A stretch of DNA of 61,433 nucleotides, filler included, from Choristocarpus tenellus KU-1152 (taxonomy: Eukaryota > Protista > Phaeophyceae), in the NCBI GenBank assembly GCA_964200185.2. It is 9 parts of 9 records of this genome, joined end to end, with 100 filler letters (N's around TTAATTAATTAA, not from the genome) between each part and the next. Parts side by side here need not be neighbours in the genome. Positions count along the whole stretch, not along the records: positions 1 to 3,997 come from CAXNAD020016745.1; positions 4,098 to 8,222 come from CAXNAD020016092.1; positions 8,323 to 11,333 come from CAXNAD020022957.1; positions 11,434 to 16,202 come from CAXNAD020013131.1; 5 more parts are not named here. One strand, 5' to 3'. Both the position numbers and the translations under genes were made by a program. Below are positions 1-11,910 of this stretch, one piece after another. Each line of letters opens with the position of its first letter. The stretch's first letter is position 1. The notes beneath the pieces are model-generated. The model searched no databases. It saw only the letters and a list, made by a program, of their open reading frames with translations, and was not told where the DNA came from.

Positions 1-23
1 CCCCCTCCCAGATACTTTGGGTC
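1..23. mobile_element. MITE subfamily D (G-tract type), right terminus only
   Basis: CCCCCTCCCAGATACTTTGGGTC matches the right TIR of the full copy at 14442-14624. Confidence 0.7.
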
Positions 24-199
24 TGTTGTATTGTCAAGGGCAATATGTATGCTAATATTGAAAGTGTTTCACGATTATAATGATTGTATTAAACATCTAC
101 CACTAAACTGCAGTTGAATTTTGTTGAAGTGTTCGTATGTTATGATGTGTTATGTTGCTTGACGCAGTAGTCTGCCAAGCATTTCTTGGTTATGCGCAA

Positions 200-2830
200 G
201 GTGGCCAACTCCAACAAGGCTCCCGAATGGATGAGTGGCAGTCCAGTTGCAGTCGGTAATGAGGGGTGCAAAGGTAGGGTCTCCTTTTATGGGACCACAT
301 CAGGCAGCCGCACCAAAGCCCCAACGAAATCGCTGCCCAGTATGTCGGGGAGGCAGAGGAGAAGAATGGGACATAAGGATTGCGAGGGTACTGCCCTGTT
401 TGTGTGCAGCTCATGGCACTGAGGATATATGTAATCATGAACGCTTTCAATTCCCATTCCAGTTGTGGAAAATTTGTACAATGGTTGGTATTTGTTGGAG
501 AGTAAGCAATGATTTTCCCATATGTCAGTGTCCTATACAGAGAGGGTAGAGAGGTGTTTGGTCGAGCCCATAATATTGTGGAGAGGAGATGGGTGAGAGT
601 CGGTTTTGTCAGCAGGAATGTGCGATCATGTACCTATTTATTTATTTTTTGGGGGAGGTACGGGCATGTGAGGAGTGAGGTGACAGGAAGGCTGGGTGAC
701 TGTTGAGGGCACTGCTCTGGCATTTTGAGTGGGAGTAAATGGCATGCACAAGAAATTAAATGGTGTGAGGGGTTTTGAAGGGTTATTTGACTTGTGATCG
801 AGGGAGGGTTATTAGGTGGGGGGAATTTATTTTAATTGGTATACCTGAGCGTTGTTGTGCCCCATGTATATGTGACAGGGAGGCCAGGCGACAACCAAGT
901 GATTGTTCTAGTGTTTCTTGCATGAGAGGGCACAGGAGGGGCTGAACAATCGTGCGCACAAGAACCAAGGGTGTACTTGGTCGGTACTGATGGGGGCATG
1001 GATGGCATTTAGTGGATTACGTTAATGTTTTTTTTGTGGGTAAGAAAGGGGTTTCCAGGGTTATGAGAAGGCATGATGTTTACGTTTATATTTTGTGTGT
1101 GTGTGTGTGTTGTTTCATGGTGAGAGGTAGGGGGGGGAAGTCGCTAGGTTTCTTACATCCAACACCCTATTCCTACCTTTGGTTAGGGGGGTCGTAAAAT
1201 TGTGATGTTGTTTGTTTGTTTATATGTGTGTGTCATGGGGCCTTGTTGTCCACCATAATTTATTCCAGTAGTGTGTACTTGAAGAACGAGCTTGTTTTGA
1301 TGAACACCCTGAGTTGTATGCATGTGCGTCTGACTCACTCCGCCTTATGTTTGGAGTAAGATGGGGGAGACTCCTTGGTGTGTTGATGGGAGTGGGGTGG
1401 GTGCTTTGACCTGCAGAATGCAATTACTACGTTTTGAGGGGCTGGAGAGGTGTTTTGTGCAGGGTGGGTGTTTACGGACATTGGGGTGCATTACAATATT
1501 ACAGTAGGACCTGTATACGTACAAGTAGAAATCTAGTACATGTGTTGGTGGAATAGTCAGTAGAGGACAGTAGATATATAATTGGGTACATTGCAAAGTC
1601 GGGGAGATAATTTGCAGGCAGTAGATGGCATCAACATTACACATACCCGAGTTGGAAGGAAGAATCGGTCGATTAGTTTGAACATACACACACAGAGTTT
1701 GATATTGTTGGACCCAGTGCGAGGAGCACCACAAAACGGAGGAGAGGAAAGGGGAGGAAATATATGGAGGAGTGATGAAGAAGGAAAAAGACAAGGGAAG
1801 GGAATACATCAATATAAACAAAAGTATAACAATAAGAAAGATGGCAATCAGACATCAGCACCGCATCATTAACAGGCGCAAGGCCAACCAAGTATGGATT
1901 GACATCCTTGACTCTTATTTGCCCCACAGTCTACGTGTTCAACTGTTTCTTCTTGGCACAGGCTCGCTGCTTCTCTGGTACTGACTGGTCTGCCACTGTT
2001 TCGAAGTACTCCATATAATCCAAGGGCTACATCATTGCCAAAGAAGGTTTGTCCTTGAGGGTATTGTGATGCGGGGACCCCTGCCCGGTTCACTCTCCTC
2101 ACTATCCAAAAACAACATCCAAAACACTTCTAGGAAGAATAGCACTGCAATTATACTACTATATATGCTATCCCCTCAAGCCACTAGGACTAGGCATGCA
2201 CCTACTTAGTGAGTGAGAAGTCAAGCCTCATTTGCAAAAACAAACAGCTGCATTGCATACATCAACCAAGGTATACCCCCTGGGAAGGGTACCCTCCCTT
2301 TCAGGTTATAGGTTAGAGTGCTCTGAGAAAATAAATAATCTGTGGCAAACTGTACCAACAAGCAAAAAGCAGACAAACAGCTACAGTGCACATGTAGTAT
2401 GTACACCCCGAACAAAATGCAAAGAAATATTAATATACTTCATGCACCTCCTTTCTGGCAACATCCCTTCCGATGGGGGAATGCCATGTTTACAATGCAC
2501 ACCACTGCTTACATCAGAAAAACGCCAACTCTTCCACTGCAGGTCTGCGCGCCCTGCCCTCAACATTCTTGCCATCATCTCTTCTCACAGGTCCTCTACT
2601 ATTTGATAACACAGCACACAAAGCACCCACCACAACAACAAGTCCGCAACACCAACCCAAACAGAGCTACGAACCATACTATGGTCCAAAACACATATTC
2701 ATAGACCGCCCATCACCTCCAGTTTTACTCCCTTGGTTGGCATCTACACTGCATCGTTGTGAGCGCATGTTTCGAGTCCCGCGTCTCTGTCAGACCTTTG
2801 CTCTGCATACACAAACAATGGCGAGGTAAT
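200..2830 (-). mobile_element. Highly degenerate non-LTR retrotransposon (RT-like) relic
   Basis: Minus-strand fragments loosely resemble LINE RT motifs in plausible order (FFGNDVALGLYG, DVFPSLVFF, WCSSHWVQQYQTL resembling GVQQGDPL, GMGI); many stops and frameshifts; boundaries approximate. Confidence 0.3.
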
Positions 2831-3221
2831 CACCGCTCCACCAAAAGGAGATGAAGGAGTGCAGAGGAGTAGAGAGGGTGTCCACTGGAGAAAAACAAAT
2901 CCCCTATTATATGATTTTATTTGTGGTGATGGTTCTTATCTCCTGAGACACAAAAAGGGTAGTCATCATCCAGGGACCTCAAGCCTCCTCAAGCGCAACA
3001 TGGCATTGTTACCACTTGCTTCAGGCACAGCAACACCCCTTCCAGAGTAGAAATCTCAAACTCAGACCATCACACCTCTAATCAAACCTCACAGATGTCC
3101 ATCTCCAAGACCCATCACCTTAGTACCCTCTCAAGCATCATAACACCAACTGCCCCTGGAACTGGGAAACAACCAGTTGTGCCCAAGGATTCACCATACC
3201 CGGGGGTCTACGGAGCGGGAT

Positions 3222-3710
3222 GGCCACAGCGTCCACCCACCCATCCTCTGTGTTGTTGAAGGACCACTGGCCTCGAGGGTTATTTGTTATAGACACTGGT
3301 GGGAGTGGCACTGGGATAGTCACATCAGCGTCTACCCACCCGCCGTCCTCTCTCCTAAGGAAGGACCATTTCCCACGAGGGGTGTTTGTTATAGACACTG
3401 GTGGGAGTGGCACTGGAATAGCCACGTCAACGTCTACCCACCGGCCGTCCTCTCTCCTAAAGAAGGACCACTTCCCACGAGGGTTGTTTGTTATAGACAC
3501 TGGTGGGAGTGGCACTACTGGAATAGCCACATCAGCATCTACCCACCCGCCGTCTTCTCTCCTAAGGAAGGACCACTTCCCACGAGGGTTGTTTGTTATA
3601 GACATTGGTGGGAGTGGCACTGGGATAGCCACATCAGCGTCTACTCACCCGCCGTCCTCTCTCCTAAGGAAGGACCATTTCCCACGAGGGTTGCTTGTTA
3701 TAGACACTGG
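3222..3710. repeat. Tandem repeat, 102-bp unit, about 5 copies
   Basis: AGACACTGGTGGGAGTGGCA recurs at 3291 and 3393 (102 bp apart) and onward; + frame reads ATSASTHPPSSLLRKDHFPRGLFVIDTGGSGTGI per unit; indels are multiples of 3. Confidence 0.95.
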
Positions 3711-3925
3711 TCCTTGTGGTGAAGGGGCTGCCTCTGTCCTTGCCAAGCACGACAGTATACGGCAGAGCCTCAAACTCCCAATTGGATACAATACACCTCA
3801 TGACTTGGAAGGACCTCACACCAATCGAATTGCTCCATCTTCCTTCCACAAACTAGGACGCGCCCAACCTAAGCCGACCAACCGCCATTAGGTTTCGTGC
3901 TGGGTGCACATCTTCTTTGTAACCT

Positions 3926-3997
3926 GAGCCAAAGTATCTTAGAGGGTAGAGCCGCGTCCATTTGGGGATCAAAATACAATGTTGTGATTTTGATGTA
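3926..3997. mobile_element. MITE subfamily C, left part, truncated by contig end
   Basis: GAGCCAAAGTATCTTAGAGGGTAGAGCC matches the start of the copy at 25600. Confidence 0.8.
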
Positions 3998-4097
3998 NNN
4001 NNNNNNNNNNNNNNNNNNNNNNNNNNNNNNNNNNNNNNNNNTTAATTAATTAANNNNNNNNNNNNNNNNNNNNNNNNNNNNNNNNNNNNNNNNNNNN
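3998..4097. other. Artificial contig linker
   Basis: N44-TTAATTAATTAA-N44, 100 bp, stops in all frames; same structure at 8 sites. Confidence 0.97.
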
Positions 4098-6240
4098 GGG
4101 TGTGTGGGTGGGTGGCAGGACTGTTGTGGTTCGAACCTAGTACTCTGTGTACAGTCGGCGCATACATACTTCCTTCACCGCAGCAGTATGTGGTATGTGC
4201 TTCTTGCTGAGGCACAATCTAACACAGTTGGATGTGAACTGTCCACACGTTAAATCGAACTCAGCCGTTTACATCAAAAAGTGGAAGACCGAGGCATTAG
4301 GCAGTTAGATGTCAACAGAGAGGACACACAGACACAAATAATGGACATACATGCACAGACATAGAATGCATTCTTCCTACAACAAAAAATGACCTTGCCG
4401 CATGCGTTGAAATGTCGTTTTGCTTGTCAAGCACACAGATCGCACTTGCTCCGTTTCCCAGCGTCCCGTGCTCCAATATTTGGTTGAAGACAACAAAATA
4501 TGCATTGTGATGGTTCTGATGGAGATTGCTGCCTTTTGCATACATAGTTTATTCCCCTTATTGTGGAGCACTCGGAGTACTTAATTGTGCTGTGTTCAAA
4601 TCCAGTTCTAGTCCTTCTATCATAAACTCTGTATGATCTGTCTTAGTTGTAGTAGTGACTATCTGTCAGTTCTACCTGACCAATATCACATCATATCTTC
4701 ATGCCAACCATTATTTATTGTGGATGGGTCTTTCAATGAAGTATTCAGAAAGTCACCAAACAAACATTTGCATTCTAAGTTCCTGAGTTTTCTTTCACAA
4801 ATGGGATGACATTTTTACCTACAGAGGAAAGTGACAATTCACTGTACAGGTGACAGACTGAATACAACCTGGTACACCTCATTCATGTTGTATGTATCCA
4901 TGCATGAGATAGCACACAGGGAAAAACCTAAGATCTCCAGCCTTGCTGGTTCAAACAAATTTGGAGATAACTTTGAATGAAAACACAAGGTGTGATTAAG
5001 CTCAAAAGCAGTGCTTGCCCCTCCAACATCACATCTGTCTAAATGTGAAATTTAGCTTAACACCTTCTTGTTTTGATATGTGATGAGTGCATTTTATTTT
5101 ATACTTGCTTGAGGTAGAGTACTCAGAACCACATGCAAAACATTAAATTAGGTATAATAGAATACCAATCTCCAATAGGAAGAGGACATTATACAACCCA
5201 GCTCCAACAGTATTCATGTTATTGCTTCCACTAGGTACCTCATTACTTCCTACAGATAATCGTGTGCTACTCTAATAATAACCTCATCCTGCTCTTTATG
5301 AGACTAATTGATGGCACAGCAGGAGACCAAAATAAAAAAGGGGAGGGGAAGCAGTGACAATGCCGCTAATGGCAGCACTTAGGGGTATCCTACAAATAAC
5401 ATGGAGAGTGGCTGGCTTGGGATCATTCTTGTCCATATGCAATGTTCACATGTCTGTGTGCCCAGAAACACGAGACCGCTTCCTCCTGGCGTGCAACCAA
5501 GCAATATGTAACATCCCTTGTATGCATGCTGGTTTAACTGTTCAAGAAGCTACTTAGTAGATGTGGTGTACTACCTACACAATAGCAAAATGACATTGAA
5601 TACTACAGACACGGCAAGGTACTGAGAGCAGAACAATCTTTGCCATCTTTCTAGGGCAAGATATATGACGGACAAGCTGACTAGGTACCCAGGAGAAAAA
5701 GAAGGGAATACAAAAGATAGAAGAGAGAGCGAGACGGTTGAGGGCAGCAGCGCATCACAGAGTAAGACAATCAAATTTCCACCGATTTGTTGGTTGAAGA
5801 CAACGGGACATCCCTTCCTGGTAATATTTTCCTCAACAGACGTTTTGGTGGCAGGCATTGGAAGTTTTATGTTTTTGGTGTTCTCTCAGCTTTCTCAACG
5901 TTCTGCCTGAACAGAGGGCACAAACAGTTACTCTAAACTCCAAGGTAGCAGAGGCACAGAGGAAGGTGGAAGTGTCCACAACACCTACACATCAAACCAA
6001 AGCAGCATACTACAATGTTGTGTGAAATATGACGGTCCAGCCTGCTACTGAGTTGAGACATTCAACTCTCCTTCCCAGCTATCCCTCTCATAACACGAGG
6101 GAACGATTTCAGACTTGCATCGGACAAGCCATATTTCAAGAAACTACGCAGGCTGGGAGGTTACAATAAATGATGCACGCCGATGATTTGACACACCTTC
6201 AAAGAAAACAATACAACAGCGACAAGTCCACCAAAAAGGA

Positions 6241-6988
6241 TCAGGACTTGGAGGAATGTTTTCTTCGCTGTGGGGTGACACCAACCCATGACTTCTTACG
6301 ACTCACTCCTGCCTTCAGGTCTGAGGGTATCAGTACGTCTGTTCGCTTCAACACAACAATGCACGTCAGCATGCCCCCCACATTCACTGTGTGGCGTGCT
6401 TCCAAATTCCACAGCTTATTTCCATCACTGTGACGGTGGCAATCCCCCTTTCGCCTGCCACCCCTTTGCCTCGAGAGCACACCCTTCTTCACTGCAGCAG
6501 CTTCCAAGTTCACCGGAGTCTCAGACGTCAATGCTTTAGATCCATGACCCCTCAGGCTGTCACCGCCGTAATTCCTTTCCTTTGACCTGCAGCTTCTATT
6601 GCCTTGCATCTTACCTCCCATAGTTTCCTCCTCCAGAAGAGCCACATCTGCTCCCGCTTCCTTACACAAGCACGATGGTACAGTCACCTCCGCTAGCCGT
6701 TCATCCCCGTCCCCTTTGCACTCTCCTGCTGTCTCCGACTTCCTCCTCCCTTCTCCCTCCAGACCATTTCCAACCCCCTCGCTCTCACCCTTTTCCTCCC
6801 CTCTTCCTCTTCCTCCCTTCCCCTCCCCTGCTGAACTCTGCAACCCAGGAAGCCTCAGCAACTTGGGGCTAGCCACTAGAAGGATTGCCCGGCCAGAGCC
6901 TGGTCGGAGTACTCTTGCCATTTCGGTCAATGCGTTCGGGTAGAGGCGTCGGTTTGCACTGGGGGTACCACATGACACGCCAAACGGC
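6241..6988 (-). CDS. THUMPD2/THUMPD3-like RNA (guanine-N2) methyltransferase (UPF0020/Trm14 family), last exon
   Basis: Acceptor ctctag|G CCG TTT GGC completes the VVDMPFG motif; LYPNALTEMARVLRPGSGRAILL and VNVGGMLTCIVVLKR are typical of the family C-terminus; TGA at 6241-6243. Confidence 0.85.
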
Positions 6989-7685
6989 CTAGAGGATGAG
7001 AGAGAGAGAGAGAGAGAGCAGGGTCAATCATGTGGAGTAATGGTTGAGAGCATGATACTGGGTGTGTGTGGGGGGCGAAGGGGTAAGTGTTTGGTCAAAT
7101 AGGTAGAGGCAGGTAAGGTTATTGATGAGGCTGATAAATGAATTTAGGTGCGGTATTAAACCAGTAGCCGGAAAGAACTTCAACCTCCTCTTAGACATGC
7201 GTATTGTAGTCAGGAAGTGCGATTGCAGCTGTATCCTACATGAGCAAACTCTTCTACACAACTAGAGATGTCAAGTAGCCACCATCAATATAGTCTCTCC
7301 TGCAGCTTACAAAGTTGTATTGGAGGATCAGGGGCCAGGTGGAACTGGGGAGGTAGGGTAAAGCAGTCATACAGGATAGGAATCACTAGCCCTGTATGCG
7401 CCTGGCTCGTATTATGACAACCACAAGAACAAAATATCCCATACACCCAAACGAAAATCCCTTCAACTGGGCTTTGATAGTTGACTGCCCACAACAGCTG
7501 TAACCATCTTACTACAAGACGGTGCATGTGGGGGTCATATTCTGAATCCAGTCTAGCCAAGAGTCTACGAAAAACCGAACAAAGGGTCACAGGTCCAATC
7601 AGACTTCTCAGACTCAATCCAACGGTGGATTGAAAGACGAGGGAGGCCTCTTCAGGAAGCAGATAAGAAGTGCCATTTGACTCAC

Positions 7686-7910
7686 ATGTCCACAACCATG
7701 ATGTCCACACAACTGTCCCTAAGCGGCAAGGCCTGCACATCCCAGGCACAACCATCAGCTCCATAGCCCTGGCGGGAACTATCCTCCCAGCTTGAACGCA
7801 GGTTGCCCTGAAAGCAACAGAGGGCCTCTGAATCAAGCTCCCCTCCCATAGCAAACGTTCCTGGGAACCATTGCGCACTACAAATGGGGACTGTGCCCAC
7901 ACCACACATG
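7686..7910 (-). CDS. THUMPD2/3-like methyltransferase, penultimate exon (5' exons not found on this contig)
   Basis: cacag|C ATG TGT GGT gives (P)MCGVGTVPI SAM-binding motif I; WDVQALPLRDSCVDIMVVD; donor AT|GTGAG is phase-compatible with the next exon. Confidence 0.85.
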
Positions 7911-8222
7911 CTGTGCATGGTATATCAAAGGAACACGTAAACGTAGGTCCAGATCAGCAGCATGGCGGAAGAAAGCCAATTGTTGGAGCTCCATTGACTG
8001 GTGTTGGGGTAGGAGGGTGCATGGCACTGCCGAAGTTTTGTCACCTTACAAATACATGACGAGACTCAGGGCTGGGGAAAGGAATGGGACTTCAATCCCC
8101 ACATACCCCCTTCCCTAACAATGAACAGGTGTAAAGTGGGATACAGCGAGATATACTGAAGTGTTGGCCAAGTCTTCAAGTTTACAAGAGCTCCTAGAAA
8201 CTAAGGGACTGTCAGCCTCCTC

Positions 8223-8322
8223 NNNNNNNNNNNNNNNNNNNNNNNNNNNNNNNNNNNNNNNNNNNNTTAATTAATTAANNNNNNNNNNNNNNNNNNNNNN
8301 NNNNNNNNNNNNNNNNNNNNNN
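8223..8322. other. Artificial contig linker
   Basis: N44-TTAATTAATTAA-N44. Confidence 0.97.
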
Positions 8323-8528
8323 GGGGGGGGGGAGGGGCTAAGGGAAGATGTTGGAAATGGTACGGGGGGTGGAAACAGTGCGAACAAGGACCAGTTATTC
8401 AGTGAGTTTCTAGAGGTTTGCGGGCTGCCAGAGCGAGTCCGAGATATGGTAACGCATGCCTTGGCTTTGCTAACAGGCCGTGATCTTCAGGGCGCTGGTA
8501 CAGAAGAGGGCTTGGATGCTGTTCACAG
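8323..8528 (+). CDS. Rab escort protein (REP1/CHM; Rab geranylgeranyltransferase component A), partial internal exon
   Basis: LFSEFLEVCGLPERVRDMVTHALALL...TEEGLDAVHR, donor ag|gtaggt, phase-compatible with the exon at 9116. Confidence 0.75.
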
Positions 8529-9115
8529 GTAGGTGTGTTGTTATTTCCATGAGCTGCAGGAGCCCACTGGGAACTGCATTGTTGCATTTTGTGTGTACGT
8601 TAAGACTCTTCAGGTTTTTGTAGTGGGGAGGCGTGCTTCTATGGGTTTGGAGTCTGGGTGTGGGGAACACAATGGAGGATGCAAAAAATTTGCCTCATTT
8701 TATTCCATGTGCTTGTGATTTCATTCATGCGTCAACTGAGGAACATGGTACATGTAGAGAGAGAAGTTGTGAAGGAATTGGATTGCAGACTCTCAGTGGA
8801 CCTACCACACTTCATATTTTATCCTCTGCAGATACATACTCGTAGAATATAATATATACATTTGAAGACGATAGGAAACCCCTGCTGTTGAGTTATTTGG
8901 TGTCTCATTATTTGCATCGCCTTCAAGAAAGCCATCACAATGGTGTTCTGCTTACAAAGCGCGCACGCCTTCCTCATACTCAACCCCACCTCCGTTTATC
9001 CCGTGTTTTGTTTTTCACCTGGTTGTTACTTTTTTCACTCACCAAACATTGCCCCCTACCCTGGCGCCCCTGCCATGCCCCACCTTTTGTTTGCACTCTG
9101 GTTGTCAATCCAAAG

Positions 9116-9280
9116 ACACCTCTCAGCACTTGGCCGGTTCGGCGAGACAGCCTTCATCTACCCCATGTACGGGTTTGGAGAGCTTCCGCAAGCGTTTTGC
9201 CGGATGGCTGCAGTTCATGGGGCCGTGTATGTCCTGCGGAGGGATCTGAAGGCCGCTGTGGTTGACCAGAAAGATGGAAG
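9116..9280 (+). CDS. Rab escort protein (GDI/REP family), internal exon
   Basis: HLSALGRFGETAFIYPMYGFGELPQAFCRMAAVHGAVYVLR is the GDI/REP signature; aag|A acceptor and ag|gtaag donor. Confidence 0.92.
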
Positions 9281-9594
9281 GTAAGGTAGAAAAAAGTTCG
9301 AAGAGATTGGGGAGGGGGGGGGAGGGGGGGGGAGAATGGGGTTGGAACTAAGGTCTGGAAGAGGAAGCTTGAGAGAGAGGATAGTTGGACTGCTTGTTGG
9401 CTAGATATTCTGGAAGACAGTTGCAGGAGAATGGAGGTTGCATAATCTTGGTTTACTGACACCGCAATGGGCACAAATGATAGCAGTCATTCCATGGACA
9501 CTTTGAGGTTCGGTGCAGCACTATCTCCCTCCTCCTTCCCGCCTGCCTAGTGCCTCCCAATAACCCCATTGGTTCAATTGGAAACTATTGGTAG

Positions 9595-10360
9595 GTGCAT
9601 TGGGGTGATCGATAGTGAAGGGCACGCCTTTGCCTGCGGGGCCCTAGTGGTAGGTGGAGGCTACCACTTGGGCAAGCCCCTAACCCTAAACTCATTCACT
9701 GTTGGGACTGGAAGTACATCCATTTCTGAGGCAGAACCAAACTGCCGTAGCAGCTCCATTGCTGCCACTGTTGTGAGCAAAGGTGATGCCACAGGAACAA
9801 GTATGCCTTGCGATGCCAGCGAGCCAGCCAGAAGAATGGCGCCACATGGTGGAGTTGCAAAGAGTGATGATTGCGTGAATGGAGAAGCGTGTAAGGTTGG
9901 CGATCAGAGTCTCAAAGGTAGCAGTGGAGGTGGAGGTGGAGGTGGAGGTGAAAGCTCTTCAATCAAGAGGGGAAGCCATCAGGGGAGGATCCTCCGACGT
10001 GTTAGCGTTGTCACTGGTGTGATCATCCCAGTCGATGCGGGGGAGGGGGGGACAAAAAAAGTGACCACCCGTGGGGTTTGCATTCTCCCACCATGCATGC
10101 CAGGTGTGGGGAATGACTTCCCGATTCATGCTCTCACGCTAGATGAGTCTGCTGCTGTTTGTCCAGGGGGGGAGGTTGGAATGCACGTGCTTCACCTGAC
10201 AACCACTGGGGCCAGATCTTCTGAGAATTGTGGTTTAAGGTTAGGGAAGGGGTCAGGGGTAAGGACAGAGGCGGAGGATGGGGCCGAAGAGGGTCGGGAT
10301 GAGGAAGGGCTTTTGGACAGAGCTGCTAAGGAGCTGATTAAGGTCGCTGGTGTGGAGGAG
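9595..10360 (+). CDS. Rab escort protein, internal exon with low-complexity insertions
   Basis: tag|G TGC ATT: CIGVIDSEG..., RILRRVSVV, IHALTLDESAAVCPGG..MHVLHLTT (REP-type); donor gag|gtgagg. Confidence 0.85.
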
Positions 10361-10945
10361 GTGAGGGCCCCCCGCTTGTTTAGGATGAGCACTTACTTGA
10401 AAGTGAATGCTATTAATAGGTATATAGTTGTGAATTGCACATTCTCAATATTTTTGTTTTGTTTTGTTTTTGTTATAAGAAGGCCCTCGATGCTGAGGAT
10501 TTGCATTCAGCTCTTGTGTGCGTATGTGTGTGTGTTCAGGAGTAGGGTCACCCCCCCCCCCTCCCTTTTGTGTAAATTGGTAAGGGAGAGGTTTTCAGAG
10601 ATGTGGTTTGTACGACCCCCCCTTCACCAATACTTATCTTAGTCCCTTGCTTGCCTGGGTTGAGTCTAAAAGTCCTTTCGGTCATGCATGTAAGTTCACG
10701 TTAGTGCTTGAGTTAAGAGTGTTGGCGAAAATTTAGCCCTACGACTGATCATCTCTCCATGGCTTGTGCCGCTAGCAAAGTTCTTCTTCTACTTCCAGGC
10801 GCAGCTGGTACATGGACTGTTCACGTTACATTTGCGTTGAAAAGAGGTTAGGCATCAATGATCCACGAGCGTAGGGAAGGAGTAATTAAACACACAGAAT
10901 TGATGGAGAGTTGGCAGAGCAGACTTGACTCTGAAAATTGAAACT

Positions 10946-11333
10946 GATGACTGTATGAGGAGTATATATATACCGTCAGCGGTACGTACATAAATTAAGT
11001 GGTGGTATACCTTATATTGTGATACCGATCTGCCAATCCTCCTATCTCTGGTCGGTGGAGATGACTGTATGAGAAGTATATATATATACTGTCAGCGGTA
11101 CGTACATAAATTAAGTGGTGGTATACCTTATATTGTGATACCGATCTGCCAATCCTCCTATCTCTGGTCTGTGGAGATGACTGTATGAGAAGTATATATA
11201 TATACTGTCAGCGGTACGTACATAAATTAAGTGGTGGTATACCTTATATTGTGATACCGATCTGCCAATCCTCCTATCTCTGGTCGGTGGAGATGACTGT
11301 ATGAGAAGTATATATATATACTGTCAGCGGTAC
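10946..11333. repeat. Tandem repeat, about 116-bp unit, at least 3.4 copies running into the contig end
   Basis: GATGACTGTATGAG at 10946, 11060, 11176 and 11292; near-identical units. Confidence 0.95.
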
Positions 11334-11433
11334 NNNNNNNNNNNNNNNNNNNNNNNNNNNNNNNNNNNNNNNNNNNNTTAATTAATTAANNNNNNNNNNN
11401 NNNNNNNNNNNNNNNNNNNNNNNNNNNNNNNNN
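11334..11433. other. Artificial contig linker
   Basis: N44-TTAATTAATTAA-N44. Confidence 0.97.
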
Positions 11434-11526
11434 AACCCCACAAAAACCCCGACACGGAAAAATTCCCCCCCAAGCGCCCCCAAATGGGGGGCCCCCCCCC
11501 CCCCCCCCCCCCAGATACTTTGAGCC
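11434..11526. mobile_element. MITE subfamily D, right end
   Basis: poly-C followed by CCAGATACTTTGAGCC. Confidence 0.7.
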
Positions 11527-11876
11527 TTTGGCACCTGCAGCTTTGTAAAAGGATATTGATGTGCCCGGCCTTTCAAACTATTCTCACCTTGACAACGCAA
11601 ACATTTGAGGAGTTGACGTCCCCGCATGGGACTGATGTCACAGTCTCAACATTTCCTTCTGTAGATGGTGTGATCATGTTAATTTTGAAAGTCTGCAGGA
11701 CAATATTTGCAAGTGGGTTTGGCACAGGTGGAGTCAAAGGAGACACTTCCTGAGGGAATGAAGAGTGTCTAGTAAAAAGAGACCATCCCTGCTGCAAAAT
11801 CAAACACAAGTGGAAACTGAATATGGCCAGGAACATTTTATTAGTGGTTTTGTATGCCAGGAATGAACACAGAGAG

Positions 11877-11910
<34 letters not shown>

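Noticed and set aside
4042-4053. TTAATTAATTAA as a biological site, and ORFs running into N blocks (11382, 16247, 22309)
   Set aside because: These come from the assembly linker.
4105-4200. tRNA or tRNA-derived SINE (GGTTCGAACC)
   Set aside because: Isolated B-box-like motif; no cloverleaf or A box found.
4312-4571. Mariner C-terminal relic (YFVVFNQILEHG)
   Set aside because: A single short motif similar to the 31620 region is too little evidence.
7285-7905. 206-aa ORF as a gene
   Set aside because: It is an off-frame overlap of the methyltransferase exon running into its intron.
10946-11333. CRISPR-like or coding repeat
   Set aside because: Whole 114-116-bp units repeat, and the 116-bp length is not a multiple of 3.
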